Source: an uncultured Chloroflexia bacterium | GTDB lineage: Bacteria; Chloroflexota; Limnocylindria; Limnocylindrales; CSP1-4 | Reading direction: 5' to 3' | Assembly (NCBI GenBank): GCA_963828165.1 | Contig: CAWHDR010000001.1 | Span: 2,528,001 to 2,592,000 of the forward strand | Length of the DNA stretch: 64,000 bases | Shown here: positions 1 to 10,126 of the stretch, in pieces | How the letters are laid out: every line of letters starts with the position of its first letter | How positions within the stretch are numbered: position 1 is the stretch's first letter | Notes under the pieces: generated by a model | What the model was told of the DNA's origin: nothing | Databases searched by the model: none | What the model saw: the letters and a program-made list of their open reading frames with translations, nothing else | Program-made: the position numbers and the translations under genes

Positions 1-816
1 CTCGGCCAGGAGCATCTCGGGCTCCTCTCCCCACGATGCCAGCGCCAGGTCGTCGAACCCCTGGCCGAGGTGGCCGTGTTCGACGAGGAATGAGCGCAGC
101 TCGGAGACGAACGCGTCCCCGCCCGGCAACTCCGCCAGCTGCTCCGGGCTCGGTGCCGGGGTGGCCCGCACGGCGCTCGCGAGGTCCGGGGACGCCGCCG
201 CGAGCTCGGTCAGGCGGCCGAGGCCGGCATCGACACTGACCAGTTCGTGGATCGTGCCCTGGATCAGCTTCAGGGCCTCGCCCGGATGCGGCTTCTCCAC
301 CACCGATTCGTAGAAGTCCGCGAGGTCGTCCATGACCTGGTACGGGCCGGTGATCGCGTAGAAGTGGATCGCCCATGCCCGCTGAACGCGTTCCCACACC
401 TCGTCCCATGCGGCGGCGAGCTCTCCGGCCGTCAGCCGCTCGACCTCGATGGCGGCGATCCCGTCGTACAGCTCGCGCAGCTCCGGGACGGCCCGTTCCC
501 AGTATTCGACGCCGAGCGGCGTATGCGTCCGGCACGAGGCGACGTACTGCTCGACGATGGCCTCGTGCTCCGATTCCGGACCGAGCGGGAGCCACGAGAA
601 GTACAGGTACCCGTTGACGACCTGGGCACGCATGCTGATGGGGACCTCGAGCCGCTCGTAGCGGTAGCCGAACCCGTTCCCGATGAGACCCACGTAGTCC
701 TGCGACAACGGGACCAGGCAGAAGGGCGAGTGCATCTCGTCGCGTCGCCACGACCGCTCGACGTCGCTCGGGTCGGACCACGCGATCGGAAAGGACGTGG
801 TGACGGACGCGTTCAT
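1..816 (-). CDS. PEP-utilizing enzyme family protein (PEP synthase/rifampin phosphotransferase-like substrate domain), 3' part outside the window
   Basis: Not in the ORF track. Open frame from ATG at 816: MNASVTTSFPIAWSDPSDVERSWRRDEMHSPF...VVNGYLY...FLVEHGHLGQGFDDLALASWGEEPE. The D-x-x-H-x-P, NGYxY and F-L-x-x-H-G-H...W-x-E-x-P motifs are typical of this family. Confidence 0.7.
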   Translation of the reverse strand, partial: MNASVTTSFPIAWSDPSDVERSWRRDEMHSPFCLVPLSQDYVGLIGNGFGYRYERLEVPISMRAQVVNGYLYFSWLPLGPESEHEAIVEQYVASCRTHTPLGVEYWERAVPELRELYDGIAAIEVERLTAGELAAAWDEVWERVQRAWAIHFYAITGPYQVMDDLADFYESVVEKPHPGEALKLIQGTIHELVSVDAGLGRLTELAAASPDLASAVRATPAPSPEQLAELPGGDAFVSELRSFLVEHGHLGQGFDDLALASWGEEPEMLLAE

Positions 817-930
817 GCTCGGACAGGCGCTCCTGCGGGCTCGGACCGACAGAGTTCGCGACAGTCTAGCAACCGCCCATGGCCGCATCGGTATCCTGAC
901 GACCTAGCCCACGAGCCATGGGGACGCACG

Positions 931-2001
931 ATGACCCGGAACCTGCTGCTGGTCGGAACCTCGAAGGGAGCCTTCATCCTCGACGGCGACGCGTCGAGGC
1001 GGTCGTGGTCGCTGCGCGGCCCGCTGTGCAATGGATGGCCCGTCCACGACCTGTCCGTCGACCCGGCCGATGGAGCCATCCTCGCTGCAGGCGGATCGGC
1101 CTGGTATGGGCCGGCGGTCTTCCGGAGCGAGGACCTCGGGTCGACCTGGACCCACTCATCGGAAGGGCTGACCTACGGTGACGACGGCCCGAAGATCCCG
1201 ACGATGTGGAATGTCACCGCTGCGCACGGCTCGATCTGGGCCGGCGCCGAGCCCGCGGGTCTCTTCCGCAGTGACGACCGTGGTGCGACCTGGTCACACG
1301 TCTCGGGGCTGCGCGATCACCCGAGCCGTCCCGGCTGGGAACCCGGCGCCGGCGGCCTCATCTGCCACACGATCGTCCCGCACCCGGAGGACGGGACGCG
1401 GATGTGGGTCGCCATCAGCGCGGTCGGGACGTTCGCCACGGAGGATGGTGGCGCGACGTGGGAGGCACGGAACCGCGGGGTCGCGGCCTGCTTCGCGCCC
1501 GATCCGTACCCGGAGACCGGCCAGTGCGTGCACAAGCTCGTGATGGCCGCCGGCGAACCCGACAGCCTCTATCAGCAGAACCATTGCGGCGTGTACCGCT
1601 CGTCCGACGGCGGTCGGAGCTGGGAGGATGTCAGCAAGGGCCTCGTGTCCGAGTTCGGGTTCGTCATGGGTGCGCATCCGCGCGACCCGGCCACCAGCTG
1701 GGTGATCCCACTGACCCATCCGGAGGAGGGTCGGCTATCGCCCGACGGCGCACTCGCGGTCTGGCGGACACGCGATCGCGGCGATACCTGGGAGCGTCAC
1801 GGCGAAGGACTGCCGCAGAAGGACGCCTTCGTCGGCGTCCTGCGCGAGGCGCTCGCGGTCGACCGGCACGACCCGGCCGGCGTCTACTTCGGGACGAGCA
1901 CGGGGCAGCTCTACGGCTCGATCGACGAAGGGGTCAGCTGGTCGCTCGTGGCTGACCACCTGCCGCCGATCTGGGGCGTCGAGGCGGTCGCGCTCGACTG
2001 A
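931..2001 (+). CDS. BNR/Asp-box repeat beta-propeller protein (exo-alpha-sialidase-like)
   Basis: Starts MTRNLLLVGTSKGAF. Repeated SxDxGxTW Asp-boxes and a QQNHCGVYRS motif. Confidence 0.85.
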   Translation: MTRNLLLVGTSKGAFILDGDASRRSWSLRGPLCNGWPVHDLSVDPADGAILAAGGSAWYGPAVFRSEDLGSTWTHSSEGLTYGDDGPKIPTMWNVTAAHGSIWAGAEPAGLFRSDDRGATWSHVSGLRDHPSRPGWEPGAGGLICHTIVPHPEDGTRMWVAISAVGTFATEDGGATWEARNRGVAACFAPDPYPETGQCVHKLVMAAGEPDSLYQQNHCGVYRSSDGGRSWEDVSKGLVSEFGFVMGAHPRDPATSWVIPLTHPEEGRLSPDGALAVWRTRDRGDTWERHGEGLPQKDAFVGVLREALAVDRHDPAGVYFGTSTGQLYGSIDEGVSWSLVADHLPPIWGVEAVALD

Positions 2002-2006
2002 CCGCC

Positions 2007-2291
2007 ATGGCCACCATCATCCTGCCCCGATCGCTCATCGCGCTGTTCCCGGCGGCACCGCGACGCTGCGACGTCGACGCGACGACGGTCGCCGAGGCGA
2101 TCGATCGGCTGGACGAGCTGGCGCCCGGGATGCGCAACCGCATCGTCGATGCGGGGCCCGCGATCCGCGAGCACATCAAGGTGTTCGTCGATCAGCAGCC
2201 CGCGACGCTTGGGACCTCATTGCGCCCGGATTCGACGCTCCACGTGATCCCGGCGGTCTCGGGAGGTCAGGCGACGGGGCGCTCCGCCTGA
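2007..2291 (+). CDS. MoaD/ThiS family ubiquitin-like protein
   Basis: Beta-grasp pattern ending HVIPAVSGG plus a 7-aa tail. Directly follows the BNR protein, a common pairing. Confidence 0.85.
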   Translation: MATIILPRSLIALFPAAPRRCDVDATTVAEAIDRLDELAPGMRNRIVDAGPAIREHIKVFVDQQPATLGTSLRPDSTLHVIPAVSGGQATGRSA

Positions 2292-2461
2292 TACTCCTGC
2301 GGATGACCCGACCGATCCTTGTCGACGGTCGCGGTGACGATCTCGAAGGTCTTCTCGACGCTGTTGCCGTTCTCCTTCGCGGCTCGCTCCACGTCCTCGA
2401 AGGTGATGTTGGACTCGCCCATCTCCCGATGCGCATCCATGCAACCGCAGGTCAGACACAT
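2267..2461 (-). CDS. small Cys-rich protein (MCLTCGC...), 64 aa
   Basis: RBS GAGAGGAG before the ATG at 2461. N-terminal CxxCxC motif and GC3-biased codons. Confidence 0.7.
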   Translation of the reverse strand: MCLTCGCMDAHREMGESNITFEDVERAAKENGNSVEKTFEIVTATVDKDRSGHPQEYQAERPVA

Positions 2462-2577
2462 GGCGTGATCTCCTCTCGATGACGGCACGAGCGGGCTTTC
2501 GATGCCGCCGTGCCGCGTCGATCATCGATAACGGACCGTTGCAACCGCATCAAACGTGCTGCACGGCCAGCAGCGGA

Positions 2578-3459
2578 TCACGACACGCCTCGAATATCGA
2601 GCACCCGCCCCCAATGGAAGACGCGGACGGCCACGAGCACCCCGAACGCGGCGAGCACCAGGATCGCTGCCGCGGCGATCGACTGGTCCAGGTCTCCGCC
2701 CTGGAACTCCGAGTAGACCACCAGCGGCAGCGTCTGCGTCCGGCCTTGGACGTTGCCCGCGAACATGATCGTTGCGCCGAACTCGCCGAGAGCGCGGGCC
2801 CAGGTCATGACCAGGCCGGCAGCAAGGGCGCCACTCGCCAGTGGCACGGTGATCGATCGGAACAGCTGACGCTCGGACGCGCCGTCGACGCGGGCGGCGT
2901 CCTCGAGGTCGCGGTCGACGCCGGCGATGCCGGTTCGAGCCGAGCGGACGAAGAACGGCGCCGACACGAAGATCTGCGCCAGGATCACCGCGATGGTCGT
3001 GAATGGCACCGAGATCCCGAGGAGCTCGAAGGGCTCGGACAAGAGGCCACGACGACCGAACACCAGGAGCAGCGCGAGGCCCGCCACGGACGGCGGCAGC
3101 ACGATCGGCAGGTCGACGATCGCCTCCAGCCAGCCCTTGCCCCGGAACTGGCGTCGGGCGAGGACGATCGCGAGCGGCAACCCGAGGGCGACCGTGACCA
3201 CCAGGCTGATGGCCGTGGTGACCAGGCTCAGACCCAGGGCCTCGAGGACGACGGGCGAGGCGATGGCGACCCGCAGGGATCCATCGAGGATCGCCCGCGC
3301 GAGGAGGGCGAGGACCGGGAGCCCGAGAAACAGCGCGAAGAGCGCGGCCAGGGCAGCGATCGAGCGCTCGCCCCAGCCCGATCGGATCGTGGCCGGCCGC
3401 GATCGACCAGCCGCGTCCCCAGCACTCCCGGTCGGCCCCCCGGCGAGATGTTCGATCAC
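2578..3459 (-). CDS. modB: molybdate ABC transporter permease
   Basis: DLPIVLPPSVAGLALL, EDAARVDGA loop and ARALGEFGATIMFAGN motifs. Confidence 0.92.
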   Translation of the reverse strand: MIEHLAGGPTGSAGDAAGRSRPATIRSGWGERSIAALAALFALFLGLPVLALLARAILDGSLRVAIASPVVLEALGLSLVTTAISLVVTVALGLPLAIVLARRQFRGKGWLEAIVDLPIVLPPSVAGLALLLVFGRRGLLSEPFELLGISVPFTTIAVILAQIFVSAPFFVRSARTGIAGVDRDLEDAARVDGASERQLFRSITVPLASGALAAGLVMTWARALGEFGATIMFAGNVQGRTQTLPLVVYSEFQGGDLDQSIAAAAILVLAAFGVLVAVRVFHWGRVLDIRGVS

Positions 3460-4262
3460 GACGCCGGCGGCAGGAACCCGAGACCCGACAGGACGGCCCG
3501 CCCGTCGGGACCGGCGAACCAGTCGAGGAAGGCCCTGGCGGCAGCGGCCTTCTTGGACGCCTTGACGACGACACCGTCATACGTTGCGGGCACGTTCGCG
3601 GATTCCGGCACCTCGATCGGCGCGACCTTGTTGGACGCCTTCGCGTCGGTGACGTAGACGATGCCTGCGTCTCCCTCGCCGAGTTCGATCTTGACGACGA
3701 CCGCCTTCACGTTGTCCTCCTTGGACACGACGTTCGCGGCATAGGCCGCGGCGAAATCGGCGGGGTAGCCAGGTTCCCGGGCGAGGTTGTCGACGAGCGC
3801 GGTGGCGTATTTGGTGATCGGCACCTCGTCACCCGCGGCGATGACCTTGATGCCCGACTTCGCCAGGTCCACCGGCGTGGTGACCCCGGCGGGGTTGGAG
3901 GCCGGCACGATGATCGTCAACTCGTTCGAGGCGAAGGTGACGGGGTCACCCTCGGCAAGGCCCTTGTCGACGAGTCTCTGGGGATTCGTCGTGTCGGCCG
4001 ACAGGAATACGTCGGCGGGTGCTCCCTGCTCGATCTGCGTTTCCAGGGCGGATGACGAATCGGTCGAGATCGTGAGCGTCGTGCCGGGGTTGGCCGCCTC
4101 GTAGGCGACCTGGGCTGCCTCCACGGCGCCCTTGAGCGAAGCCGCCGCGTACACGGTCAATTCCCCACCGGCCGCGGACGGAGCAGGCGACACGTCGGCG
4201 CTCGTACAGGCCGCGAGAACCACAGCGATGATCGAGAACGTGATCGCCCGGCGCGACCTCAC
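3456..4262 (-). CDS. modA: molybdate ABC transporter substrate-binding lipoprotein
   Basis: Lipobox LAAC, VYAAASL, QIEQGAPADVFLSA and GEGDAGIVYVTD motifs. Confidence 0.92.
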   Translation of the reverse strand: MRSRRAITFSIIAVVLAACTSADVSPAPSAAGGELTVYAAASLKGAVEAAQVAYEAANPGTTLTISTDSSSALETQIEQGAPADVFLSADTTNPQRLVDKGLAEGDPVTFASNELTIIVPASNPAGVTTPVDLAKSGIKVIAAGDEVPITKYATALVDNLAREPGYPADFAAAYAANVVSKEDNVKAVVVKIELGEGDAGIVYVTDAKASNKVAPIEVPESANVPATYDGVVVKASKKAAAARAFLDWFAGPDGRAVLSGLGFLPPAS

Positions 4263-4696
4263 CCCCGTGACTCCCTGGCCGAGGGGATCTCCACGATGAC
4301 ATTGGTGGCTTTCACGACGCAGACCGCCTCGTCGCCGACCTTGAGGCCCATCTCCTCGACCGCCTCGGCCGTCATGAGGCTGACCATCCGGTGGGGGCCC
4401 GCGACGACCTCGACGACCGCCGCGACGCGGTCGGCCTCGATCCGGGTGACGATCCCCGGGAAGCGGTTCCGGGCCGATTGGGCGACGATCGGTCGATCGG
4501 TCGATGCCTTGCGGCGCTCGTCGAGGAGCCGGCTGACGTCTTCGAGGTCGACCAGCCGCTGGCCGCCCTCGGATCGCTCCATCCGGAGTCGACCGTCGGC
4601 CTCCCAGCGACGCAGCGTCTCGACCGACACGCCGAGCATCTCGGCCGCCTGACCCACCCGTAGGCGCGCATCTGGACGATCATTCGTTTTCGCCAT
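4259..4696 (-). CDS. HTH + TOBE molybdenum-binding regulator
   Basis: N-terminal excisionase/MerR-like HTH (AAEMLGVSVETLRRWE) and a SARNRF TOBE domain. First gene of the mod operon. Confidence 0.88.
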   Translation of the reverse strand: MAKTNDRPDARLRVGQAAEMLGVSVETLRRWEADGRLRMERSEGGQRLVDLEDVSRLLDERRKASTDRPIVAQSARNRFPGIVTRIEADRVAAVVEVVAGPHRMVSLMTAEAVEEMGLKVGDEAVCVVKATNVIVEIPSARESRG

Positions 4697-4891
4697 ACCG
4701 CGGAGTATCGTCGAAAAGAACCATCTGTGTCTAGGTTTTGCGCGCTCCTGTTGAGGAATGTCCCGGCGACGATCGACCGATCAAGATCTCGGGCGCGTCG
4801 CCTTGGCATCCCTTTCCAGACGCGTTCAGGCCAACATCGACCCTAGACTGGTCGTCACGCGAACCGTCTTGATGCCCCGGAGGGAGATGCC

Positions 4892-5452
4892 TTGGTTTCC
4901 AGAACGGTGACCTATCTCGATGCGCAAGGGCGATATGTGGGAGCGAACCCGGATCCTCGGGACATGGGTGCCGAGGCGACGACACTCCTTGGCTTCCTGG
5001 AGCGCCAGCGAGCGACGACCGCCTGGAAATGCGGCGGACTCGATGCCGACCAGTTACGGGCGACGCTCGGCTCCTCTTCGATGACCCTTGGCGGGGTGCT
5101 CAAACACCTGGCCCGCTTCGAGGACGACATGTCGGCTGAGTGGCTCAACGGGCAACCCCAGCGGCCGCCGTGGAATGCGGTGGACTGGGCCGCAGAACAC
5201 GACTGGGACTGGCGTACCGCAGCCGAGGACAGTCCCGAGCAGCTCTACGGCCGCTGGCAGGAAGCGGTGAACCGCTCCCGCGACCAGTTCGCCGAGGCGA
5301 TGGCCGATCGAGATGCAGCGCGCCCAGCGGAGGCGCCGAGCATCCCCTACATCCTGATCAACATGATCGAGGAATACGCGCGGCACAACGGCCATGCCGA
5401 CCTGATCCGAGAGTCGGTGGATGGTCTCGTGGGGCATGACCCGCCGGGCTGA
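4892..5452 (+). CDS. DinB/DUF664 family protein (mycothiol-transferase-like)
   Basis: LLGFLERQR, TLGGVLKHLA and MIEEYARHNGHADLIRESVDG motifs. Confidence 0.88.
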   Translation: MVSRTVTYLDAQGRYVGANPDPRDMGAEATTLLGFLERQRATTAWKCGGLDADQLRATLGSSSMTLGGVLKHLARFEDDMSAEWLNGQPQRPPWNAVDWAAEHDWDWRTAAEDSPEQLYGRWQEAVNRSRDQFAEAMADRDAARPAEAPSIPYILINMIEEYARHNGHADLIRESVDGLVGHDPPG

Positions 5453-5489
5453 GCCGGCACGGCGTGGTGACGCTTCTCTTCACCTCCAT

Positions 5490-5582
5490 GATGCCACCCG
5501 GCTGATCCGGGACGGGCAGCGGATCCGCGTCCATGGAACGGACGGATACGTCGAGACCCTGCCCGACGTCGATACACCCTAG
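5490..5582 (+). pseudogene. remnant of the C-terminus of a rifampin phosphotransferase/PEP-utilizing enzyme
   Basis: Reads DATRLIRDGQRIRVHGTDGYVETLP, matching the Rph-family C-terminus as I recall it. No start codon or upstream gene body. Confidence 0.65.
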
Positions 5583-5664
5583 GGGTATTGACACAGGGTT
5601 GACAGATCGGCGCCAAAAGGAGCACAATATGGCTCTACCGGGCTTGTCAAGACTTGACAGGCCC
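5571..5664 (+). promoter_or_regulatory. dnaG-rpoD promoter region with inverted repeats
   Basis: Three TTGACA hexamers; TTGACA-N18-CACAAT at 5599-5628; inverted repeat GGGCTTGTCAAG-A-CTTGACAGGCCC at 5640-5664. Confidence 0.5.
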
Positions 5665-5746
5665 ACAGGTGTGTTCGGGACCTGGCGAGGGGCCCTGACG
5701 CGAGATCTGAACGGCGCCGACTGGTCCTCGGCGCGAAGGAGTGGAT

Positions 5747-7678
5747 TTGTCGGTCGGCGTCACTGCCGAGGTCAAGAGCAAGCTGTCGGTCGTCGATGTC
5801 GTCGGCGAGTCGGTCACGCTGAAGAAGGCTGGCACTACCTTCAAGGGCCTCTGCCCGTTCCACGGCGAGAAGACACCGTCGTTCGTCGTCACCCCCGGAC
5901 GCGAGTCGTGGCACTGCTTCGGCTGCGGCCTGGGCGGCGACATCTTCAGCTTCGTCATGCAACGGGACGGCGCGACCTTCCCCGAAGCTCTCCGCACGCT
6001 GGCCGCACGCGCCGGTGTCGAGATCGACGAGCGGACGAAGCGAGAAGACGCTCGCCGTGCGCGGTTGCGCCACGTCCTCGAGACCGGCGTCGCGTTCTAC
6101 CACGCGGTCCTGACCGGCTCCAAGGCCGGCGAGGGGGCGCTCGCCTACCTCAAGGGCCGCGGTTTCACGGACGCCACGATCGAGACCCATCAGCTCGGCT
6201 GGGCGCCCAACGGCTGGGACCAGATGGCCCGCCAGCTCCAGGCCAAGCGTGACATCCGAGCCGAGGAGCTCGTCGAGGTCGGCCTCGCCAGCCCCAGCCA
6301 GCGTGGCCGCGGCGTCATCGACAAGTTCCGTGCCCGCGTCCTGTTCCCGATCCGGGACACGAGCGGCCACGCGGTCGGGCTCGGTGGCCGGCTCCTGGAC
6401 GGGGAGGGGCCCAAGTACCTGAACTCCCCGGCGACGCCGCTGTTCGACAAGAGCCGGACGCTCTATCTCATCGACAAGGCCAAGGGACCCATCCGCAAGA
6501 GCGGCCAGGCCGTGATCGTCGAGGGCTACACGGATGCGCTGATGGCCCACCAGGCGGGCTTCGACAACGTCGTTGCGAGCCTCGGCACCGCGCTCACACC
6601 GAACCAGATCGGCCTGCTGACCCGCTACGCCAACCGCATCGCGCTCGCCTACGACGTCGATGCCGCCGGCGAGAAGGCGGGCACGCTCGGGGTCACGGCC
6701 CTCGCCGGCCTGATCGGCCAGCTCCAGGGTGACGTCTCGGGCGTGAAGCTCGAGGACGTGCGCGTGGTGCGGCTTCCGGACGGGAAGGATCCCGACGAGG
6801 TCGTTCGCGAGGACCCAGCCGCCTGGGAGGCGGGCGTCGCGAAGGCCAAGCCGCTGGTCGAGTATCTGATCGGTCATCATGCCGGGCGTTTCGACCTCAA
6901 GACCCCGACCGGCCGCATCGGCTTCGTGGATGCGGTCATGCCGGCCATCCGCGACATCGCCGATCCGCTGCGCCGGGACGAGGCGCTCCAGCAGGTCCGC
7001 CGCGAATCGGGTGTGGAGGAGCGCGTGCTTCGCCAGGTCCTGGACCGTCGAATCGCCCAGACCGCAGGGCAGGGGACCAATCGCGGGGGTGAAGCGGCAA
7101 GCCGGATCACCGTGGACGCTGTGCTGGCCTCGCCGGACGCGCTGCCGATCGGCGACATCCTGCGGGCGGTCACCCCGGTCGAAGCGGAGCTCCTTCGGCT
7201 GCTGCTGCTCGTTCCGGACCAGCAGCTGCGCGTGACGGACGAGCTGGGCCCGGACCAGCTGCCGAGCACGCTCGCCCGCGAGCTGTACCGCGCGATGGTG
7301 CTCCAACGGGCACCGGACGACCAGGGCGTCCGCCCGCCGTTCGATGGCGCCGCGCTGCTGCTCGCCGTCGACGATGAAACGGCCTCGCTCGCCCGGGCGT
7401 TGTACGCCAAGACGGGCCCCGATGCGCGCACGCTCGATCCGCGCAAGCTCGCCTATGAGATCACCCGCCTCCTGCTCGAGCTCGAGGATGACCAGCTGCG
7501 CGAGCGCAGTGAATACAACGAAGCCGCCCAGGCCGAGGCCGAGCGAGCCGGTGACACGGACTCGATGGAACGCCTGCTCCTGGAGCGTCGCCAGATCAAC
7601 GAAGCTCGCCGGTCGCTCGACCGGCGTCGCGAAGACACCCGAATGCTTGCCCGGCCCAGCGTGGCCGTGCACGCCTGA
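5747..7678 (+). CDS. dnaG: DNA primase
   Basis: CPFH...CFGC zinc finger, PKYLNSP, VEGYTD, TOPRIM YDVDAAG and GKDPDE motifs. Start at TTG after AAGGAG. Confidence 0.97.
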   Translation: MSVGVTAEVKSKLSVVDVVGESVTLKKAGTTFKGLCPFHGEKTPSFVVTPGRESWHCFGCGLGGDIFSFVMQRDGATFPEALRTLAARAGVEIDERTKREDARRARLRHVLETGVAFYHAVLTGSKAGEGALAYLKGRGFTDATIETHQLGWAPNGWDQMARQLQAKRDIRAEELVEVGLASPSQRGRGVIDKFRARVLFPIRDTSGHAVGLGGRLLDGEGPKYLNSPATPLFDKSRTLYLIDKAKGPIRKSGQAVIVEGYTDALMAHQAGFDNVVASLGTALTPNQIGLLTRYANRIALAYDVDAAGEKAGTLGVTALAGLIGQLQGDVSGVKLEDVRVVRLPDGKDPDEVVREDPAAWEAGVAKAKPLVEYLIGHHAGRFDLKTPTGRIGFVDAVMPAIRDIADPLRRDEALQQVRRESGVEERVLRQVLDRRIAQTAGQGTNRGGEAASRITVDAVLASPDALPIGDILRAVTPVEAELLRLLLLVPDQQLRVTDELGPDQLPSTLARELYRAMVLQRAPDDQGVRPPFDGAALLLAVDDETASLARALYAKTGPDARTLDPRKLAYEITRLLLELEDDQLRERSEYNEAAQAEAERAGDTDSMERLLLERRQINEARRSLDRRREDTRMLARPSVAVHA

Positions 7679-7698
7679 ACCGGTCCAAGGAGGAACCC

Positions 7699-9435
7699 AT
7701 GCCCGCCGATCCGCTCGATAAGCAACTCGTAGAGGCCGTCCTGTCACGGCCACGCCGCGCCAAGGCCGATCTCGAAGAGGCCAAGATGGCGGGCATGCGC
7801 CCGGCGCGCGGTGCCACGGCGGTCGCCGCCGCCGAGGATGACGATGACGACGAGGACGAGGATCTCGACCTCGGGCCGGAGGCTGCGGCCCGCCCGGACG
7901 CCGATGCCGAGGTGAACGTCGAGGTCGTCGCGGAAGACGGCTCCATCGATCCCGCGGCCAAGCTGCCACTCGAAGGGCCGACCAAGCTCGACCCCAAGGA
8001 GGTCGAGGAGCCGACCGCCGAGGACCTCGAAGCCATCAGCGCCGACATGATCGGCATCGACGACCCGGTTCGGATGTACCTCAAGGAGATCGGCAAGGTC
8101 GCCCTGCTGACCGCCGAGGAAGAGGTCGTCCTGGCCAAGGCCATCGAGCTCGGCGAGCAGCTCGTCGACGAGCCGTGGAAGGGCATCGCCTCGCTCCACC
8201 AGTGGACCCTGCACGACACCGAGCGCAAGACACGGACCCAGAAGCCGCAGCATCGCCTGCCGTACGGCGACGAGGCGCACGCGCTCGTGCGCACCGCGAT
8301 CTCGGCCAAGGCGGCCAAGGACCTGCTGGTCCCGTCCCCCGACTTCCACCTGATCAAGGCCGGCCGTGACGCGCAGTCCGACGGCACCAAGGAGCTGCTC
8401 AAGCAGGCGAAGAAGCTCGTCCACACCTACAACGAGCAGCCGAACCCGGACAACTTCATCACCCTGCTGGACTGGGCATTCATGGCCGTCCACAACGGCG
8501 ATCTCGACTCCCGGGACAACGTGGGGCTGCGCGCGATCTGGGACTGGACCCGTGATGACGTGGCCTTCCCGGCGCTCGAGCGCTACATCCTCGCCGGCAA
8601 CGAAGCCGAGCTGCTCAAGAAGATGGGCTACGACCCGGAGGTCCCGGCCAACACCAAGCTGCGCGACCGCAAGGGCGTGATCGTCGGCATCGGTCGCGAC
8701 GCGCGCGAGCAGTTGACGTCGGCCAACCTCCGGCTGGTCGTCTCGATCGCCAAGAAGTACATCGGTCGCGGGATGTCGTTCCTGGACCTGATCCAGGAAG
8801 GCAACATCGGCCTGATCCGGGCGGTCGAGAAGTTCGACTACGAGAAGGGCTTCAAGTTCTCGACGTACGCGACGTGGTGGATCCGCCAGGCCATCACGCG
8901 CGCGATCGCGGACCAGGCACGCACGATCCGCATCCCCGTCCACATGGTCGAGACCATCAACCGGCTCATCCGCGTCTCGCGCGGGCTCCTCCAGGAGCTC
9001 GGCCGTGAGCCGACGGTCGAGGAGATCGCCGAGGCGATGTCCAAGGGCCAGGAGGTCCAGGTCACCCCAGAGAAGGTCCGCGAGATCATCAAGGTCTCGC
9101 AGGAGCCGGTCTCGCTCGAGACCCCGATCGGCGAGGAGGAGGACTCCCACCTCGGTGACTTCATCGAGGACCGCGGCGCCCTGGCCCCGGCCGAAGCGGC
9201 CTCGCACCAGCTTCTCAAGGAGCAGGTGGAGGCGGTCCTCGACTCCCTGACCGGCCGTGAGCGACGCGTCCTACAGTTGCGCTTCGGGCTTGAGGACGGG
9301 CGTGCCCGCACCCTCGAGGAGGTGGGCAAGGAGTTCAACGTCACCCGCGAACGGATCCGCCAGATCGAGGCGAAGGCGTTGCGCAAGCTGCGTCACCCGT
9401 CCCGGTCGCGCAAGCTCAAGGACTACCTGGAGTAA
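7699..9435 (+). CDS. rpoD: primary sigma factor RpoD/SigA with a long non-conserved insert
   Basis: [56 protein letters not shown] and [21 protein letters not shown]. Confidence 0.98.
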   Translation: MPADPLDKQLVEAVLSRPRRAKADLEEAKMAGMRPARGATAVAAAEDDDDDEDEDLDLGPEAAARPDADAEVNVEVVAEDGSIDPAAKLPLEGPTKLDPKEVEEPTAEDLEAISADMIGIDDPVRMYLKEIGKVALLTAEEEVVLAKAIELGEQLVDEPWKGIASLHQWTLHDTERKTRTQKPQHRLPYGDEAHALVRTAISAKAAKDLLVPSPDFHLIKAGRDAQSDGTKELLKQAKKLVHTYNEQPNPDNFITLLDWAFMAVHNGDLDSRDNVGLRAIWDWTRDDVAFPALERYILAGNEAELLKKMGYDPEVPANTKLRDRKGVIVGIGRDAREQLTSANLRLVVSIAKKYIGRGMSFLDLIQEGNIGLIRAVEKFDYEKGFKFSTYATWWIRQAITRAIADQARTIRIPVHMVETINRLIRVSRGLLQELGREPTVEEIAEAMSKGQEVQVTPEKVREIIKVSQEPVSLETPIGEEEDSHLGDFIEDRGALAPAEAASHQLLKEQVEAVLDSLTGRERRVLQLRFGLEDGRARTLEEVGKEFNVTRERIRQIEAKALRKLRHPSRSRKLKDYLE

Positions 9436-9472
9436 CCCTCTCCAGCGCGCGCCGGCCGCGGTCGCGCGGTCG

Positions 9473-10126
9473 TCAGGCCGGCGGCTGGTCCGGCGCGTAG
9501 AAGGCCGTGGAGTTCGCGACCGCCTTGGCCGCGGCCGTTGGGTCCGCGCCCGAAGCCTCGTTCGCGGCACCCCACGCCACGCTGCTTCGAGTGGCGTACT
9601 CGCGTCCTTCCTCGGACAGCTGCCAGGCGATGGGATCATCCACGGTCGCTCCGGTCCGCAGGTAGAGCGACAGCCCGAGCAGGCCCTGATCCCAGCCGAT
9701 TCCGACGGCGCCAGGCCCGTACTCGGCCCAGACCTCGTCGGGCACGACAGCCGTGTGCTCGAGCTCGAGCGTGGTCGATCCCTCGCCGGCGGGCGCGAGC
9801 CGCACCTCGAGCTCGGAGACGCTTGCCGCATCGGCGACCTCGCCGTAGACCCAGGTCACCCGGAACTTGTTCGGCCGGTCGCAGGCGAGGATCTCGCCGC
9901 CGGCGTTGCCTTCCAACTGATACCGACCGCCGACGCGGTAGTCGCCGCTGATCGGCAGGAACCAGCGAGAGATCCGGTCCGGGGTGGTCAGCGCGTCCCA
10001 GACGTCCTCGATCGGGGCCGAATAGGTGCGGCGGAGACGGATCGCGCGGCCTTCGCCGGCGGCGATGCGGCCGCTGCCGACCTCCCGCTGGACGGCCTCG
10101 ATCTCACGGACGATGTCGATCATCAA
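9473..10126 (-). CDS. SRPBCC/Aha1 domain protein
   Basis: YSAPIEDVWDALTTPDRISRWF and GPGAVGIGWD motifs. Confidence 0.88.
   Translation of the reverse strand: MMIDIVREIEAVQREVGSGRIAAGEGRAIRLRRTYSAPIEDVWDALTTPDRISRWFLPISGDYRVGGRYQLEGNAGGEILACDRPNKFRVTWVYGEVADAASVSELEVRLAPAGEGSTTLELEHTAVVPDEVWAEYGPGAVGIGWDQGLLGLSLYLRTGATVDDPIAWQLSEEGREYATRSSVAWGAANEASGADPTAAAKAVANSTAFYAPDQPPA

Noticed and set aside
5579-9207. Long antisense ORFs opposite dnaG/rpoD (also opposite the mutase, icd, sdhA and ftsZ genes)
   Set aside because: Shadow ORFs expected from high-GC codon bias; no recognisable motifs.
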